NCBI GenBank assembly: GCA_964356325.1 | Contig: CAYHHL010000001.1 | Location: forward strand, 57,246 to 121,245 | Reading direction: 5' to 3' | Origin: an uncultured Enterobacteriaceae bacterium | Lineage (GTDB): Bacteria > Myxococcota_A > UBA9042 | Length of the DNA stretch: 64,000 nt | In this document: piece by piece, positions 61,827-64,000 of the stretch | How positions within the stretch are numbered: the stretch's first letter is position 1 | Layout: every line of letters begins with the position of its first letter | Notes under the pieces: model-generated | Database searches by the model: none | Seen by the model: only the letters and a program-made list of their open reading frames with translations | What the model was told of the DNA's origin: nothing | Translations under genes and position numbers: made by a program

Positions 61827-61860
61827 GTGAAGAGAGTCGTGAAGAGAACTGTGAAGACCC
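61827..61860 (+). promoter_or_regulatory. Three tandem ~12-bp direct repeats (GTGAAGAGAGTC / GTGAAGAGAACT / GTGAAGACCC) in a divergent intergenic region.
   Basis: The repeats are read directly. They lie about 80 nt upstream of the Cys-rich lipoprotein gene and about 110 nt upstream of aguB on the opposite strand. Confidence 0.4.
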
Positions 61861-61940
61861 TAGCGCGTGCCCGGCGGGGCATGGCATCCTTTCGCGACCG
61901 ATCCAGCTCGAGGTTGGACGCGCGACCCATGGAGCTTGCC

Positions 61941-63635
61941 ATGTTCCGAATGCAGATTGCGGGTGTATTCACCTTCCTCGCCCTGGCCGGAGCCAGTGTG
62001 AGCGGATGCAGCAGCGACAACGCCGCCAGCGGTCCGTTCTTCGTAGGCACCGGCGCGGACGGCACCTCCGGCGACGGCGGCAACCTCGATGACGGCAACT
62101 CCGGCACTGACGGCGACGTGACGATCGTTTCCGGCCCCGACGCCAAGCATGGCGACGCGCACGCCAGTTTCGATATCGGCCCGAAACCCGACGCCATCAC
62201 GCCCGATCCCGACACCGCCACGCCAATGCCCGACGGCGGCCCGTTCCCCGGCGGTTCGTGTGCAGGCATCTGCGGCAAGTACGTGAAGGGCGCGCCGTGC
62301 CACTGCGACAACCAATGCGCGCAGTACGGTGATTGCTGTGGTGATTACAATGACTTGTGCGTTGGACCCAAGCCGACCAAGTGCGGCAACGGCCAGTGCG
62401 ACCCAGGCGAGACATCGGCCAACTGTGCCCAGGACTGCAAACCCGACTTGGGCGATGTCGTTGCCTGCCTCAAGCAGAAGTGCACGTACGAAATGGAGAT
62501 GTGCCTGTCGAACAAGACGTGCGCCCAGGTCATCGGCTGCGTCGCGGAGTGCAAGGACGAGGACTGCGCCGACGACTGCACAAAGGGCATGGACATGCAG
62601 GTCGCGCAGAAGTACCTGCAACCGCTCGGCGAATGCGGCGAGAAGGTCGGCTGCGTCCAGGGAGGAAACCAGTCCGTCTGCGGCGATGGCCAGTGCGAGC
62701 CGCCCGAGACCGACAACTCCTGCCCGCAGGATTGCAAGGGCCCGCCGCCGATGGCTTTCTGCGGCGACGGACTGTGCAACGGCGGCGAGACTTCGGCCAC
62801 GTGCGCCAAGGACTGCGGCACGGTCATTCCGCCTCCGGGCGTGATCGTCCAATGCCTGGCCGGCAAGTGCGGCGACTACTACAAGGCCTGCGCCAACAAC
62901 GCTGGCTGTCAGAAGGTGATCGAGTGCGCCTCCCAGTGCGCGGACTTCAGCTGCATGGCGAACTGCGCGCAGGTGACGGACATCGCCACGCAACAGAAGT
63001 TCGTGTTGCCGCTCGGTCAGTGTGGACAGAACGCGGGCTGCTTCGACACCAACCCGCCGACGAAATGCGGAAACGGCCTCTGTGAGTCCGGCGAGACCGG
63101 CGCTTCCTGCCCCCAGGACTGCAAGACCAGCAATCCGATTGAACAATGCCTCAAGGAAAAGTGCGGCAAGGTCTGGACGCCCTGCGCGGCGAACGCCGAG
63201 TGCTATGCCGCGGCGCAGTGCTTGTACAAGGGTGGTTCGCTCCTGCAGTGCGTCAAGAGCTGGCAGACCGGCCAGATGCTCAACAGCGTGGTGACGTGTG
63301 GCAACCAGAACAAGTGCTTGAACGTTGCCCCGCCAGTGTCGTCGTGCCAGGGCAAGTGCGGCGTGTACGACCCGAACGCCGCGTGCCAGTGCGACACCGT
63401 GTGCAAGCAGATGGGCAATTGCTGCGGCGACTACGCCACTTACTGCGGCACGACCCCGGCCAAATGCGGCGACGGCAAGTGCGATGTCGCGGCGGGCGAG
63501 CCCAAGACCTGCCCGACGGATTGCGGACCGCCGCCGCCCGCGAAGTGCGCTACCAAGAGCGATTGCGCTGCCGACGAGGTCTGCTGCGCCAAGCCGGACG
63601 GGCAACTGTGCGTGAAGCTGGGGCAATGTAACTAG
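61941..63635 (+). CDS. Modular cysteine-rich lipoprotein with a Gly/Asp-rich N-terminus, two somatomedin-B-like 8-Cys domains, CGDG-x-C 21-aa repeats and ~65-aa Cys modules. It is a paralogue of the ORF at 4547..5755.
   Basis: GGAG lies 6 nt upstream of an ATG and the lipobox is VSGC. The SMB-like spacing C-x3-C-x8-C-x-C-x3-C-x5-CC-x6-C occurs twice, in CAGICGKYVKGAPCHCDNQCAQYGDCCGDYNDLC and CQGKCGVYDPNAACQCDTVCKQMGNCCGDYATYC. Repeats include CGNGQCDPGETSANCAQDC and CGDGKCDVAAGEPKTCPTDC. Confidence 0.75.
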   Translation: MFRMQIAGVFTFLALAGASVSGCSSDNAASGPFFVGTGADGTSGDGGNLDDGNSGTDGDVTIVSGPDAKHGDAHASFDIGPKPDAITPDPDTATPMPDGGPFPGGSCAGICGKYVKGAPCHCDNQCAQYGDCCGDYNDLCVGPKPTKCGNGQCDPGETSANCAQDCKPDLGDVVACLKQKCTYEMEMCLSNKTCAQVIGCVAECKDEDCADDCTKGMDMQVAQKYLQPLGECGEKVGCVQGGNQSVCGDGQCEPPETDNSCPQDCKGPPPMAFCGDGLCNGGETSATCAKDCGTVIPPPGVIVQCLAGKCGDYYKACANNAGCQKVIECASQCADFSCMANCAQVTDIATQQKFVLPLGQCGQNAGCFDTNPPTKCGNGLCESGETGASCPQDCKTSNPIEQCLKEKCGKVWTPCAANAECYAAAQCLYKGGSLLQCVKSWQTGQMLNSVVTCGNQNKCLNVAPPVSSCQGKCGVYDPNAACQCDTVCKQMGNCCGDYATYCGTTPAKCGDGKCDVAAGEPKTCPTDCGPPPPAKCATKSDCAADEVCCAKPDGQLCVKLGQCN

Positions 63636-63637
63636 TG

Positions 63638-64000
63638 GTGTCTGCCTTTCCGTCCCTGCGCATCGAACGCGACGCTTTGGTGCCGCGCGGTTCGTTCGCC
63701 GAGGCCCAAGCCACGTTCCTGCATCCCGACGCGCAGGCCGTCGCCCGCCTGGACGCCCTGGTGCGCGAGAAGAACGCTGGCATCGTCGCGCACTTCTATA
63801 TGGACGCCGAACTCCAGGGCGTGCTCGCCGCCTGCCACTGGCCACACATCCACATCTCGGACTCGCTGCAGATGGCCGATCGCGCGGTCGACATGGCCAA
63901 GCTCGGCGTGCGCACAATCCTGGTCGCCGGCGTGGACTTCATGACCGAGAACGTGCGCGCGGTGCTCGATGGCGCGGGCTTCCAGCTCGGCGGGCCCCAA
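63638..64000 (+). CDS. nadA: Quinolinate synthase NadA, 5' partial, continuing beyond the window.
   Basis: AGIVAHFYMDAELQ...ISDSLQMADRAV...ILVAGVDFMTENVRAVL matches the NadA N-terminal region. The GTG start at 63635 or 63638 overlaps the TAG of the upstream gene. Confidence 0.75.
   Translation, partial: MSAFPSLRIERDALVPRGSFAEAQATFLHPDAQAVARLDALVREKNAGIVAHFYMDAELQGVLAACHWPHIHISDSLQMADRAVDMAKLGVRTILVAGVDFMTENVRAVLDGAGFQLGGPQ

Overview
This is a high-GC (~68-70%) chromosomal segment whose gene content points to a myxobacterium-like deltaproteobacterium. The pointers are many lipoproteins with Myxococcus-type cysteine-rich repeats, RCC1 and FG-GAP repeat proteins, eukaryote-like Ser/Thr kinases, and strong GC3 bias. 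The bias produces many spurious long antisense ORFs. I found no rRNA, tRNA, CRISPR or transposase genes. Housekeeping genes are present: truD, a SNF2/SWIM helicase, clpS-clpA, rpsU, an aguB-aguA polyamine pair, the 5' end of nadA, an ABC exporter, an asparaginase and a metzincin. Positions 22.7-33.9 kb hold a conserved anaerobic purine-catabolism neighbourhood. It is syntenic with the E. coli ygeW-ygeX-ygeY...ygfK-ssnA-xdhD cluster and contains dpaL, a fused FeS/Moco xanthine-dehydrogenase-family enzyme, ssnA, carbamate kinase, ygeW, ygeY and a ygfK-like FeS protein. The most unusual element is a minus-strand array at about 37.6-44.0 kb. It encodes a radical-SAM/SPASM enzyme with an N-terminal PqqD-like RiPP-recognition element. 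A 1-nt stop/start overlap joins it to an upstream 422-aa protein whose C-terminus is a (D-C-S-x)n / W-D-C repeat tail encoded by 12-nt tandem DNA repeats. Its own stop is ATGA-coupled to an MscS-family channel gene. Upstream lie a frameshifted TPM-domain gene and an M43-like metzincin. I read this as a candidate protein-embedded thioether- or cyclophane-type RiPP-like maturation system. A second unusual element is a redox operon made of a Tat-Rieske protein, a Cyc2-like fused monoheme-cytochrome/porin, YceI, a small membrane protein and a CRTAC1-type FG-GAP lipoprotein. A third is two paralogous modular Cys-rich lipoproteins at opposite ends of the window, one carrying two somatomedin-B-like domains. 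The remainder comprises a secreted protein combining a proprotein-convertase P-domain with a fibrinogen-related domain, and an HFCD flavoprotein ATGA-coupled to a 980-aa Cys-rich repeat lipoprotein. There is also a small secreted Gly/Cys/Lys-repeat protein, a hexanucleotide microsatellite and a 12-bp triple direct repeat. All identifications rest on motif and architecture recognition by eye. None is confirmed by a database search.
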